From the NCBI GenBank assembly GCA_009779745.1, contig WRDR01000009.1, positions 840 to 64,839 of the forward strand: 64,000 nucleotides of DNA, read 5' to 3'. The DNA comes from Alphaproteobacteria bacterium. Its GTDB lineage: Bacteria; Pseudomonadota; Alphaproteobacteria; UBA9219. Shown here one piece after another: positions 28,977 through 39,690 of the stretch (positions are counted from its first letter, which is position 1; every line of letters starts with the position of its first letter). Made by a program: the position numbers and the translations under genes. The notes beneath the pieces were generated by a model that was not told the origin of the DNA, made no database searches, and saw only the letters and a list, made by a program, of their open reading frames with translations.

Positions 28977-29983
28977 CTCTATTGAACCTGAATAACTGCA
29001 ATCCAAAAGGAAAAGCTCTTAAAGACTTGCCTTTCATGGATTTGTACGTGCGCATAGACGCTGCGGGACTGGGACAGGCACGCTATCGTTCTCCGGCCAG
29101 AGACTACAGCAATAATTGGACTAAGGTATTGCCGGAAAAATATTTTAAAGAAACATATGAAATAGCGCAAAGGCTGATTTCAGCCATAGACGATCCGGAC
29201 GCATCTTTTGAGTATGACGGCGTGAGATTCAGAAAGTCTCAGCAGTACCTTGCGAACGGTCAGATCTGGAGCATACTAAGACGCATTAACGCAAGAGTAG
29301 CTGCGCTTGAAGAGTTGTCCGTTATGCCGAAACTCTTGAACGTTTTGCGCAAAATGGGACAAAGAGACGGCTTGATTCTTATTTCGGGTCCGACAGGACA
29401 CGGAAAAACTACTATGGCATTTTCGCTGCTGGCAGATTATTTGTCAAAGCTGGGCGGCGTTGGGATTACTATTGAAGATCCTGTCGAGTATGCTCTGGAC
29501 GGACCGGTAGGAGAATACGGCTACTGTTATCAGGTAGAAGTAGAAGATGAAGACTGGACTACTCCGCTGAAAAGAGCTTTGCGCTGGACTCCAAGATATT
29601 TGCTGGTCGGCGAGGTTCGTACTCCAAGAACTGCAGAGCAGATTCTAAGAGCGGCGACTACAGGACACTTAGTCATCACTACCATACACGCAGGTTCTGT
29701 GGAGGAAAGCATCATGGGGCTTCTGCATTTAGCTGACCAAGAAACAGGAGGAGCTGCCAAATACATGCTGGCGCAAGGATTGACTGCCGCGTGGAGCCAG
29801 ACGCTTACTTCTACGGGTCCGTACCTGCGATACATTTTTACTGAGGAAAACAACAACGGAGATCCGGTACGCGCTCTTATCAGAGACAACAAAGTCGGTA
29901 TGATAAACAGCTACATAGACCAGCAAGCAGCCAGAACAAATTCTCCTTTAACCATTTCGCCTATTACGGGGAAGAGGTTCTGA
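28973..29983 (+). CDS. PilT/PilU-like ATPase, copy 2
   Basis: GPTGHGKTT, TIEDPVE, LVGEVR, TGHLVITTIHA, PVRALIRD. Confidence 0.85.
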   Translation: MTLLNLNNCNPKGKALKDLPFMDLYVRIDAAGLGQARYRSPARDYSNNWTKVLPEKYFKETYEIAQRLISAIDDPDASFEYDGVRFRKSQQYLANGQIWSILRRINARVAALEELSVMPKLLNVLRKMGQRDGLILISGPTGHGKTTMAFSLLADYLSKLGGVGITIEDPVEYALDGPVGEYGYCYQVEVEDEDWTTPLKRALRWTPRYLLVGEVRTPRTAEQILRAATTGHLVITTIHAGSVEESIMGLLHLADQETGGAAKYMLAQGLTAAWSQTLTSTGPYLRYIFTEENNNGDPVRALIRDNKVGMINSYIDQQAARTNSPLTISPITGKRF

Positions 29984-30038
29984 TAGAGTAGTTCCGTGCT
30001 TATTTCAATGAGTTATTAGCGGTTTTTGTCCCTAACCC

Positions 30039-30053
30039 TTAATAAATCCTTAA
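30039..30053. promoter_or_regulatory. putative CtrA box
   Basis: ttaa-taaatcc-ttaa. Confidence 0.4.
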
Positions 30054-30113
30054 TTTTTCTTTTTACTTTCAGGGTTTTGTGGTAATAATAAGAAGAATTA
30101 AGGAGTTAAGGCT

Positions 30114-31151
30114 ATGCAGGAAATAGAAAAACCAGAATTAGACCCGTACAATATCGGCAATATTGATTTGACGATATACAGTCAATCAAAGAACATGGAA
30201 AGATTCGAAGTACTAAAATGCTGGTATCGTCAATGGAGAGAGCAGGTGGGCGACTATGAGTGGGAAATAGGGGACAATAGAGCCGAATGTACTGCTGGTG
30301 AAATACTCTGTTTTGATAAAGAACCTCCTGTATTTATACAAGATATTGAAAGAGCGCGAGAGGCTGGATATTCTGATTATGAAATTGCTCAACATATCGC
30401 AAAAACAGCGTATACTCTGAGAATAACAAAAGACGAACTCTGGGCATTGAGATATGAAAAAGATATTCTTTCCCTTTACGATGTGAACAAATATGCTTCG
30501 GATAGTCCTACGGCTGAACTTATAGAAAAACTGCTTAGATCTGAATTTGCGGATTCTTTAAGTTATGCGCAGATAAAGCAAATCATAAACGAATACAATC
30601 CTGACGAACCTCGTACAGAGGAATATCTTGTAGAGCCAATAGATGAACCTAAGAATTTATCTGAAGACCATACATGTACCGTATTAAAAGCAGAAATAGA
30701 TATAAACGCTCCCCGCAACTTTTTTGCAAATGTTGATGATTACAGAGGACTTCTAAAAGGTTATATATACTTCCCAGAGTTTCAAAAATTTATATCAAAA
30801 CTCCATAATCTTGGAGGGCAGACCCTTACTGTTGATGAAATGATAGAGTTCTACAGAGGTATTCGAGAGCTTAATAAGCATAGGAGCGATATTTCGCAAA
30901 TTAGTACAGAAACAGGAGATGCTTATATTGATGAAAAAAAGCTTAAAAACTATAGAACAAATGAGCGACCTCCGGAAAAATACTTGAAAAATAATATAAA
31001 GTCTTATATTGGCAGTTCTATGTCTAGACAAGGACTTAACGATGAAGAGATTGGAAAAGTTTTAGACCATATGGTGAGGAAAATTTTACTTATAACAGAC
31101 GACATATCACTTTATCAGTCGAATCGAAAACCGTTTAAGTTAATATTCTGA
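30114..31151 (+). CDS. hypothetical protein (AT-rich gene)
   Basis: 345-aa ORF with AAGGAG RBS; no motif recognised. Confidence 0.75.
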   Translation: MQEIEKPELDPYNIGNIDLTIYSQSKNMERFEVLKCWYRQWREQVGDYEWEIGDNRAECTAGEILCFDKEPPVFIQDIERAREAGYSDYEIAQHIAKTAYTLRITKDELWALRYEKDILSLYDVNKYASDSPTAELIEKLLRSEFADSLSYAQIKQIINEYNPDEPRTEEYLVEPIDEPKNLSEDHTCTVLKAEIDINAPRNFFANVDDYRGLLKGYIYFPEFQKFISKLHNLGGQTLTVDEMIEFYRGIRELNKHRSDISQISTETGDAYIDEKKLKNYRTNERPPEKYLKNNIKSYIGSSMSRQGLNDEEIGKVLDHMVRKILLITDDISLYQSNRKPFKLIF

Positions 31152-31153
31152 CC

Positions 31154-31168
31154 TTAATATTTCTTTAA
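31154..31168. promoter_or_regulatory. putative CtrA box
   Basis: ttaa-tatttct-ttaa. Confidence 0.35.
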
Positions 31169-31253
31169 TATAACTGCGATATAATGACTTTATATTATTC
31201 ACATTTTATTTAATTTTGATTTTTATTAAAGCCACTTATATTGAGGTTATATT

Positions 31254-31883
31254 ATGACAAATTCTTTGAATGAAGAAGAAATAGTTATTCTATCAAGCGA
31301 ACTCAAAAAATTGAATGATGAAGAACGTTCAAAGTTATATGATGCTTTGAAGGTTAAAGTTGACTCTGAAGGAAATATAGATACAGAATTTTTTCATGCG
31401 CGAATTTTTGAATTATGTACATATTTGAAAGATGAGGAAGCGAATAAAAACAGGCAACATAAATTCATTCCTACTACTATCGACATAATTGACAATTGGA
31501 TAATAGAAAACAAAGAAATTGCCTTTGCTTCGTCTAAAAGTTTAAAAACTCTGCTATATTCCGGAAGTTTTCTTATGTCAGAAAGGCCAAAAAAATGGGT
31601 AAATAGTTTGTCTAAATATGAAAGAAAAGTTCTTGGTTTTGAAGAGGAAGGAATTATACTTGATTATCAAAACTGGATAATGGCAAAAATAGTTGCAGAA
31701 GAAGAAAATGCACTCATTATAGGAAATACAAAGCTGGGTAAAAAAGTGGGTGTTTGGATAAAGCAAGAAGAAAAAGCAATGAAAGAGGCTGCAAGGGAAT
31801 GGCTTAAAAAAGAAGGAATTGAGGATAAGAAAGAAGAAGAAAAAGAGAGTGAAAAAGGAGAAAAAATGAGGAAAAGAATGTAA
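31254..31883 (+). CDS. hypothetical protein with Glu/Lys-rich C-terminus
   Basis: 209-aa ORF with GAGG RBS. Confidence 0.7.
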   Translation: MTNSLNEEEIVILSSELKKLNDEERSKLYDALKVKVDSEGNIDTEFFHARIFELCTYLKDEEANKNRQHKFIPTTIDIIDNWIIENKEIAFASSKSLKTLLYSGSFLMSERPKKWVNSLSKYERKVLGFEEEGIILDYQNWIMAKIVAEEENALIIGNTKLGKKVGVWIKQEEKAMKEAAREWLKKEGIEDKKEEEKESEKGEKMRKRM

Positions 31884-32002
31884 GCAAAGCAACCCTTCTC
31901 TCTAGGATACTCAAAGCAATACATAACCCATGTCATAATGAATGCAGGAAACATGCGTTTAAGTTATTCACGGAAGAGCGGGCTCGTCACGGCGGAGAGC
32001 TT

Positions 32003-32584
32003 TTGGTGATGATGTTTGGTTCATCTCCTGACAGTGTTTTGCGTACAGTAGAATTGACAGTAGCATTAAGAAAAGCAAAGCACGATAAAGAATTCCGAAA
32101 CAAAGGGCTTTCTGACCTTATGAAAAAAGCAAATCGTTTTGAACTTATGGAAGCGGCAAACCTTTATGAGATTATAGAAGCAGTAATAGATAACAAGATA
32201 ACAGATGACAAAAACTTTTCACATGTGAATAGATACCCGCTGGAATTCCTCGTAGAAATAAAAGAGTACGGATTTGACAAAACCATAGTAAAACTTCAAG
32301 TCCGCATGTTGGATTTGCACCACAAGCATAATAAGCAGCTCCGCCGCGATTCACGAGTTATTGTGACGAGAGATGTTTATGAGACTCCATCACTCAAAGC
32401 AAAATTGTTTAACCATTACGTTGCTGATATGGCAAGCAGCGAGGACATGCTAGAGTTGTTTAAACAAGAAAGCGGTATAATGACGAGAAGCAAGACTGTA
32501 TATATAAACCTTCCAGTCCTCAATCCAAGCGTGTATGAAAATTTAACAGGGCAAAAATCACAGCTCCGCCCATGTATGCTATAA
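32003..32584 (+). CDS. hypothetical protein; frame is open from 31853
   Basis: 193-aa ORF; true start uncertain, possibly frameshifted from the upstream ORF. Confidence 0.55.
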   Translation: MVMMFGSSPDSVLRTVELTVALRKAKHDKEFRNKGLSDLMKKANRFELMEAANLYEIIEAVIDNKITDDKNFSHVNRYPLEFLVEIKEYGFDKTIVKLQVRMLDLHHKHNKQLRRDSRVIVTRDVYETPSLKAKLFNHYVADMASSEDMLELFKQESGIMTRSKTVYINLPVLNPSVYENLTGQKSQLRPCML

Positions 32585-32600
32585 GTACAGCCTCAATGTT

Positions 32601-34037
32601 CTACTGAGCTTGCGGACTCTCGCTGCCGGCAACAGGCTTGGTTGTGCTGACTTTGTACAGATGAATTCCGCGAATCAAATCAAGTGCTCTTGCAAGCTGA
32701 TAATCGAACTGCTGATCTTTATCTTCTTTATCGCCTTTCTTAGAAGAAGGCTTAGAGTCTTTCTTAGGTTTAGGCTTGTCCTGACCCATGTAAATGCTCT
32801 CATCTTCAAGCGAAGAATCCAAAAGAGCATTATCATTTTTAAGAGCACCTTTAAGATCCGCCTCGTGAATTCCGGAAGAGCTATTGAGCTGTTCCAGTTT
32901 AGCCTGCTGAACTTCTATGTCCGGTTCAATTCCAAGAGCCTGAATAGAACGCCCTGAAGGAGTATAATAGCGCGCAGTAGTAAGCCGCATTGCTGCGCCG
33001 CCGGAGACTGGAATTATAGTCTGAACAGAACCTTTGCCGAAACTTTTAACTCCTACAATAATAGCCCTGTTGTGATCCTGCAAAGCTCCTGCAACGATTT
33101 CGGAAGCGGAAGCAGAGCCGCTGTTGATAAGAACAGCCATGGGCTTGCCTCTGGCCCTGTCCGGACCGGTAGAGAATATGGACTGATTGTCGGACTTCTG
33201 ACGCGCTCTGGTAGAGACTATTTCCAAACCGTCATCGAGGAAAGTATTAGACACGGAAACCGCTTCGTCCAAGAGACCGCCCGGGTTGTTTCTTAAATCC
33301 AGAACAAAGCCGATGAGTTTATCGCCCAGTTTTTTTTCAGCCTCGGCAAGAGCTTTGTCTAAATCAGGCTGAGTCTGTTCATTGAAAGAGCTGATGCGGA
33401 TATATGCGATGTCGTCTTTGGGCTCCCACTTTACGGATTTGACTTTGACAATAGCTCTTGTAAGAGTAACATCAAAAGCGCGTTCGGACAGGCTGCCGCG
33501 GCGAATGGTGAGAGTAACTTTAGTGCCGGGTTTGCCGCGCATTTTTTCGACAGCCTCATTGAGAGTATAATCAGTAACAGGCTTGCCGTTTATATGAGTT
33601 ATAAAATCATTAGGCTGAATGCCTGCCCTAGCAGCGGGCGTATCGTCTATAGGAGAGATGACTTTTACTATACTGTTCTCCATAGTAATTTCTATTCCGA
33701 GACCGCCGAATTCGCCTTTAGTCTGAGTCTGCATATCTTCGAAATTCTTTTTATTCAAGTAGCCGGAGTGCGGATCCAGCGAAGACAACATACCGTCCAG
33801 AGCATTTTCAATTAGTTTTTCGTCAGTAACGGGGTCTACATAGTCGGCGCGGATGCGCTCCATGACGTCCGAGAAAAGAGAAAGCTGTTTGAAAGTATCC
33901 TCGGAATACTCAAACATATCAGTATACGAATCCTCTTCGATAAACTCTGCGAACGCAGGCGAAGGGGCAAGCATCAAAGCTAACACCAGATAAGATATGG
34001 AAGAAAAATATTTTATTTTTGCATTGTCCCTAAACAT
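32601..34037 (-). CDS. ctpA: S41 carboxy-terminal processing protease
   Basis: LDPHS, GEFGGLGIE PDZ, DLRNNPGGLL, SASASEIVAGALQD, SFGKGSVQ. Confidence 0.95.
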   Translation of the reverse strand: MFRDNAKIKYFSSISYLVLALMLAPSPAFAEFIEEDSYTDMFEYSEDTFKQLSLFSDVMERIRADYVDPVTDEKLIENALDGMLSSLDPHSGYLNKKNFEDMQTQTKGEFGGLGIEITMENSIVKVISPIDDTPAARAGIQPNDFITHINGKPVTDYTLNEAVEKMRGKPGTKVTLTIRRGSLSERAFDVTLTRAIVKVKSVKWEPKDDIAYIRISSFNEQTQPDLDKALAEAEKKLGDKLIGFVLDLRNNPGGLLDEAVSVSNTFLDDGLEIVSTRARQKSDNQSIFSTGPDRARGKPMAVLINSGSASASEIVAGALQDHNRAIIVGVKSFGKGSVQTIIPVSGGAAMRLTTARYYTPSGRSIQALGIEPDIEVQQAKLEQLNSSSGIHEADLKGALKNDNALLDSSLEDESIYMGQDKPKPKKDSKPSSKKGDKEDKDQQFDYQLARALDLIRGIHLYKVSTTKPVAGSESPQAQ

Positions 34038-34197
34038 TTAAGTGAATCCCACGAAATAAGAGAAATACCCATTTACACCTTGTTAAGTATATATAGATTT
34101 TTACACATAAAACAATACCTAAAATCACAAAGTGCTTGATTTGTGCAAAAGGGACTTATAGAGTTCCCTAAACCGCATTGAAAAAAAGGATAAAATT

Positions 34198-35337
34198 ATG
34201 GAAGGCACGATTTCTTTTATTATTCAGTATATTATTCCGTTCGCAGCAGTCATAGGCGTAGTCGTGTTCGTTCATGAATTCGGTCACTACATAACTGCCA
34301 GACTTTGCGGAGTAAGAATCCTATCTTTTTCCATTGGCTTTGGCCCTAAACTTTTCGGGTGGAAAGACAAGCACGGGACTCAGTGGCAGGTTGCTGCTTT
34401 TCCTTTAGGCGGCTATGTCAAAATGTTCGGCGATGCTGATCCGGCAAGCACTCCGGATAATGAGACTCTTCAAGAAATGTCCGAAGAAGACAAGAAATAT
34501 ACTTTCTTTTTCAAGAGCGTATGGCAGCGAATCGCTATTGTTGCTTCGGGTCCTGCGTTTAACTATCTGTTTGCTATCGTAGTTCTTGCCTGCTCTTTTT
34601 CTATCATAGGAAAGCCGTATGCTCCTCCGGTCATAAGCTCTGTTATGGAAGACAGCGTTGCTGCAAGTGCCGGGCTTCTTGTCGGCGACAGAATAGTTTC
34701 CATAGACGGAAAAAACATGAAAACTTTCGATGATGTAAGGCGTACTATTGCGCTCAATTCCGGTACTCCCGTAGTCATAAATCTCGAAAGAGAAAATGAA
34801 ATACTCTCTTTTACTCTCACTCCTGAATTAGCCATGCAGTCAAATAAGCTGGGCGGTGAAAACAAAATGGGACGCATCGGCATTATGTCTCAGGAAATGG
34901 AAGTGCAGAAATTATCTCCTTTTGCGGCTGTAACTGCTTCTTTCTATGAGGTTTGGAAAATCTCTTCGGATACTATTACTGCCGTGAGTCAGATGATTTC
35001 AGGCACCAGAGGTACTGAAGAAATAGGCGGTCCTCTTCGTATCGCAGAAATGTCCGGCAAAATAGCTCAAAACGGTGTCTGGGCTATGCTCTGGTTTATG
35101 GCTCTTATATCGGTGAATCTGGGGCTGGTGAATCTGCTGCCGATACCTCTGTTGGACGGGGGGCATCTTTTATACTATATTGCGGAAGCTATTACAGGAA
35201 AACCGCTGAACGAGAAAGTCCAGCAAGCAGGTTTTGTCGTAGGGATTATGTTTGTAGCGTCTTTAATGCTTTTCGCTACGTGGAATGATTTAGTGCAGAT
35301 GGAAGTCGTTTCGAGTGTAGCCAATTTATTTTCCTAA
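34198..35337 (+). CDS. rseP: RIP metalloprotease RseP
   Basis: HEFGH, PLGGYVKM, PDZ, NLLPIPLLDGG. Confidence 0.95.
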   Translation: MEGTISFIIQYIIPFAAVIGVVVFVHEFGHYITARLCGVRILSFSIGFGPKLFGWKDKHGTQWQVAAFPLGGYVKMFGDADPASTPDNETLQEMSEEDKKYTFFFKSVWQRIAIVASGPAFNYLFAIVVLACSFSIIGKPYAPPVISSVMEDSVAASAGLLVGDRIVSIDGKNMKTFDDVRRTIALNSGTPVVINLERENEILSFTLTPELAMQSNKLGGENKMGRIGIMSQEMEVQKLSPFAAVTASFYEVWKISSDTITAVSQMISGTRGTEEIGGPLRIAEMSGKIAQNGVWAMLWFMALISVNLGLVNLLPIPLLDGGHLLYYIAEAITGKPLNEKVQQAGFVVGIMFVASLMLFATWNDLVQMEVVSSVANLFS

Positions 35338-35404
35338 AGTAATAATGTTTTAATTATTTATGAGATAGGCTCCTAATATGTGCGGCTTTTTTTAGGGGTT
35401 TCCT

Positions 35405-35653
35405 ATGCTAGAATCGACTCTTATCGTTTGGTTCACTCTGTTCGGCGGTTCTTTGCTGGCTGTCGGCGGTTTTGTCTTATGGGTCTATGGAACAGGCAAA
35501 GAGCTCTCCATTCCGGAATGGGAAAAGCCCAGCGATGAAATAACCCGCAAATTCGTGAAACTAGTCAGTTGGTTTCTTTTGTACGGAGGTCTGGCAGTTT
35601 TTGCAGGACTCGGCATTCTTATCACCGCAATAGTTATGATGGTGCAGATTTAA
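35405..35653 (+). CDS. small two-TM membrane protein
   Basis: two hydrophobic helices; overlaps the trmB 3' extension. Confidence 0.55.
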   Translation: MLESTLIVWFTLFGGSLLAVGGFVLWVYGTGKELSIPEWEKPSDEITRKFVKLVSWFLLYGGLAVFAGLGILITAIVMMVQI

Positions 35654-36316
35654 GTGATTCATATAAAAACACGCTCTGCCTGCGGCTAATGCTTTTCTCT
35701 GATACTTTGTTTCGCACCAGTCCTTTGGTTCCGTATATCCGCTATACACCTCCTCAAAAAACGGACTTAAAGAAAATTGTTCTTTAATCCACTCTATCAG
35801 CACAGGGTGATCCGATGCTGTCTGCAGTACTCCTTTATCCAACATCACTCTGTGCAGCAGCTCCAAAGTGCTCTTGCAAATAAACCTTCTTTTCGCATGT
35901 CTGGCTTTAGGCCACGGGTCTGCAAACAATATAAAACATTTTTCTATGCTGTTGTCCGGCAGTGCTCTTAACAATAGTCTCGCATCTTCATTAAAAATAT
36001 AAATGTTATTCAGATTGTTTTTTTCTATCAATGCCAAAAGACCAGCTATCCCGTTTATAAAAGGTTCGCAGCCTATAAACAGCACTTCAGGATTCTTTGC
36101 TGCCAGCTCTGCGAGATGCTCTCCGTTTCCGAAACCTATTTCCAGCCACACTCTTTTGTTTTCTAATAAAGAAGCAATTTTTTCCAAGACAATCAGCTTT
36201 TCAGGCAGCATTTCTTGCAGCAAATTTTCTTTGCGCTTCCGTAAGGGGCGTCCTTTTCTGCGGCCGAAGAATTCAGAAGTGTGGAGTTTGGAGTGTGGAG
36301 TTTGGAGTTGCTGCAT
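35561..36316 (-). CDS. trmB: tRNA (guanine-N7)-methyltransferase
   Basis: GRRKGRPL, LEIGFGNGEHL, FIGCEPF, DPWPKARHAKRR, TKYQRKA. Confidence 0.94.
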   Translation of the reverse strand: MQQLQTPHSKLHTSEFFGRRKGRPLRKRKENLLQEMLPEKLIVLEKIASLLENKRVWLEIGFGNGEHLAELAAKNPEVLFIGCEPFINGIAGLLALIEKNNLNNIYIFNEDARLLLRALPDNSIEKCFILFADPWPKARHAKRRFICKSTLELLHRVMLDKGVLQTASDHPVLIEWIKEQFSLSPFFEEVYSGYTEPKDWCETKYQRKALAAGRACFYMNHLNLHHHNYCGDKNAESCKNCQTSVQKKPTD

Positions 36317-36332
36317 ATTCTTAACTCCACAC
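36279..36332. repeat. heptamer element spanning the trmB start codon
   Basis: gtgtggagtttggagtgtggagtttggagttg-ctgcatattc-ttaactccacac. Confidence 0.85.
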
Positions 36333-36346
36333 TTTACTTACATTCC

Positions 36347-38469
36347 TTACAGCGAAGCTATTACAGCCAGCAAAAGGATAGCGACTATGTTGATTATCTT
36401 AATCATCGGATTGACTGCGGGTCCTGCGGTGTCCTTGTAGGGATCGCCGACAGTGTCTCCGGTCACGGCAGCCTTATGAGCCTCAGAACCCTTACCGCCG
36501 AAAAAGCCTGTCTCTATGTATTTCTTGGCGTTGTCCCAAGCTCCTCCGCCCGATGTCATAGAGATAGCAACAAAGATACCCGTAACAATCGTGCCGAGCA
36601 GCATTGCACCCAGCGCAGTAAATGCCTCAGCCTGTCCTGCCGCATAGTACACTACCATATAGAGAACTATAGGCGCAAACACCGGCAGCAATGAAGGAAC
36701 TATCATCTCCTTAATAGCAGCCTTTGTGAGAATATCCACTGCAGTGCCATACTCCGGTCTTGCTTTACGCTGCATGATGCCTTTTATTTCTTTGAACTGT
36801 CTGCGAACCTCCTGCACCACGGCTCCCGCTGCTTTGCCGACAGCAGTCATTGCCATAGACCCAAACAGATACGGCAGTAATCCGCCGATAAACAGACCGA
36901 CTACAACATAAGGATTCTGAAGATCAAAGCTCACTTCAACCGAGGGGAAGAAGTGCTCCAAGTCCTGAATGTACGCAGTGAACAGCACCAAAGAAGCAAG
37001 TCCGGCAGAAGCAATCGCATACCCTTTTGTTACAGCCTTAGTGGTGTTGCCGACTGCATCCAAAGCGTCCGTAGTTTCGCGAACGTCTTTAGGCATATCG
37101 GACATTTCCGCAATACCGCCTGCGTTGTCGGTGACAGGACCGTAAGCGTCCAGAGCAACTATCATTCCGGCAAGAGCCAGCATAGTAGTGGCTGCCAGAG
37201 CAATACCGAACAGACCTGCCAAAGAGTAAGCAGAGATTATGCCTACGCAGATGACTACGACCGGAAGAGCCGTAGACTCCATAGAAACAGCGAGTCCCTG
37301 AATCACGTTAGTACCGTGTCCGTTTGCAGAAGCTGCGGCAACCGTCTTTACAGGCTTGAAAGCCGTAGACGTATAGTATTCTGTTATGACTACCATAAGA
37401 GCGGTAACAACAAGACCTATTATTGAACACCAGAACACTTGCGGTCCTGAAATAGAATCAATCAGCGCAGTACCTGTTTCCATAGGCAACGTACCGTCCA
37501 TGCCGATAAGGTTGTCTATAACAAAGTATATGGCAACGGCAGAGAATACTCCGGTTGCTATTAACCCTTTGTACAAAGCTCCCATGATGTTCTTCTTCTT
37601 GCCTAAACGCACAAAGAACGTTCCGACAATAGAAGCAACGATACATGCGCCGCAAATCATCAGCGGCAGCATCATCATGATTTCCATTGCCTCATCGGCA
37701 AAGAAAACCGCGCCCAACAGCATTGTTGCTACAATCGTCACAGCATAGGTTTCAAACAAATCAGCAGCCATGCCTGCGCAATCGCCGACATTGTCGCCTA
37801 CGTTATCGGCTATCACAGCCGGATTTCTTGGGTCGTCTCCGGTATGCCGGCTTCGACCTTGCCTACCAAGTCCGCTCCTACGTCCGCGCCTTTAGTAAAG
37901 ATTCCTCCGCCTAATCTGGCAAATATGGAAATCAGAGATGCGCCGAAACTCAAGGCTACCAAAGAGCTGATGATAGCGCGAGCAGACTCTGCATCTTCCA
38001 TGCCTTTCCATTCCAAAAGAATAAAATAGTATCCTGCGACTCCCAAGAGTCCCAAGCCTACAACAAGCATACCGGTAATGGCTCCGGATTTAAATGCTAT
38101 TCCCAATGCCTTTTTAAGACCTTTTTTCGCTGCTGCCGCAGTACGCACGTTCGCGCGCACAGAAACGTTCATACCGATATAGCCAGCTATTCCGGAAAGA
38201 ACCGCGCCAATCAAAAAGCCGAGCGCAACCGGCAGTCCTAAAAACAATCCCAGCACTACGCACAGTACAACGCCGACTATTCCTATAGTCATGTACTGAC
38301 GATTAAGATACGCCTTGGCTCCTTCTTGGATAGCAGAGGCAATTTCCTGCATTTCGGCTGAACCCGCAGAAGCAGACAGCACTTTCTTAGCAGTAACAAA
38401 TCCATATATAAGTGCGAGAACCGCACACCCGAGTACGAACAAAAACTCAGCATTAATAGTATCAATCAT
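36347..38469 (-). pseudogene. hppA: membrane H+-translocating pyrophosphatase (K+-independent type), 1-nt frameshift near 37838
   Basis: [23 protein letters not shown] then a shift to [19 protein letters not shown]; GNTTKA Lys signature. Confidence 0.9.
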
Positions 38470-38673
38470 TTTAGTATTTCCTTACAGAGTTGTAATGATT
38501 ATTGCATGGGACAGGTTTAAGAATACTCTTATCCTTCACAAAGGGAATATGCAACACTTTTCCATGAATTGCAAGGCCTTGGTTAAAAATTCCCTAACAA
38601 AACGAAAAAGCAAAAATTAACTTTTGTTGTGTATTATATAAAAATTGTCTTTATTTTAAAAACAGGTGCGATT

Positions 38674-39132
38674 ATGGACAGACACTCTTATTACGATGCG
38701 GTTTTCCTCATAGAACGCGTACACCGCTATTTTCTCGAGCTTCTTAAAACAGAACTCGATAAAGCCAAAATCCGCGACATAAACAACGTTCAGACTCTTA
38801 TTCTATACAACATAGGTACTGAAGAGATGACTGTAGGAGAACTTACTGCCAGAGGCTATTACCTAGGCTCCAACGTTTCCTACAACGTTAAAAAAATGGT
38901 CGAAAATAAATACATAGACCAAGAACGCTCTCCTCATGATAAAAGATCTATACGAATCAAATTGTCGCCAAAAGGACTGGAACTGCACAGAACCATAAGC
39001 CTCTGCATTGAATCTCAGATTGCAGTGCTGGATAAGGCCGGGATTAATCAGGCAGAGCTGAATACTGTTTGCAAGACCTTGCGCAAAATAGAAAATGTCT
39101 GGACCAGAATGATTAATTATTCGGGCGGTTAG
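38674..39132 (+). CDS. MarR-family regulator (LdtR-like)
   Basis: [38 protein letters not shown]. Confidence 0.85.
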   Translation: MDRHSYYDAVFLIERVHRYFLELLKTELDKAKIRDINNVQTLILYNIGTEEMTVGELTARGYYLGSNVSYNVKKMVENKYIDQERSPHDKRSIRIKLSPKGLELHRTISLCIESQIAVLDKAGINQAELNTVCKTLRKIENVWTRMINYSGG

Positions 39133-39659
39133 CTTTTCTGGACAAGCTCGTCCAGAGACTCAATAGATGTCTTCATAGACTTCAAGTCTTTTAGAACTCT
39201 TTTCAGCTCTTCCCTAGAAGCAGCAGAGAGAGGTGCTTTAGTCTTTTCAGTATTCAAACCCGCATCGGAATTGCGCACAATAGAAGGAGCAGCGGACTTT
39301 TTCAAATACCCGGCTCCGTTTTCTTTGAGCAGCTTCTGAACGCCGCGAATGGTATAGCCTCTGTTGTGCAGAAGCTCTTTAATCTGACTTAACATATGAA
39401 TGTCTTCCGGGCGGTAGTATCTTCTTCCGCCGCCTCTTTTAAGAGGCTTAATCTGATGAAACTTGCCTTCCCAAAAACGCAAGACATGCTGAGGCAGATT
39501 AAGACCTTCCGCCACTTCGCTTATAGTGCGGAATGCCTCGGGAGCTTTTTCCGGAATACCGGCTCTTGCAGAGAAATTCTGTACGCTGGACGCTGAAGTG
39601 ACAGAAAGCACTGAAGGCTGCCGGACTGTAGAAGAGAGAGAAAGAGAAGCATCACTCAT
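39129..39659 (-). CDS. MerR-family regulator
   Basis: [32 protein letters not shown]; conserved partner of ihfA. Confidence 0.9.
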   Translation of the reverse strand: MSDASLSLSSTVRQPSVLSVTSASSVQNFSARAGIPEKAPEAFRTISEVAEGLNLPQHVLRFWEGKFHQIKPLKRGGGRRYYRPEDIHMLSQIKELLHNRGYTIRGVQKLLKENGAGYLKKSAAPSIVRNSDAGLNTEKTKAPLSAASREELKRVLKDLKSMKTSIESLDELVQKS

Positions 39660-39690
39660 GTATCACCTGTAAGAAAGAGAAATTATAACA

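Noticed and set aside
35561-35653. TrmB C-terminal extension overlapping a convergent gene
   Set aside because: Could be a lost stop or another indel, but nothing in the sequence discriminates; most likely a neutral overlap.
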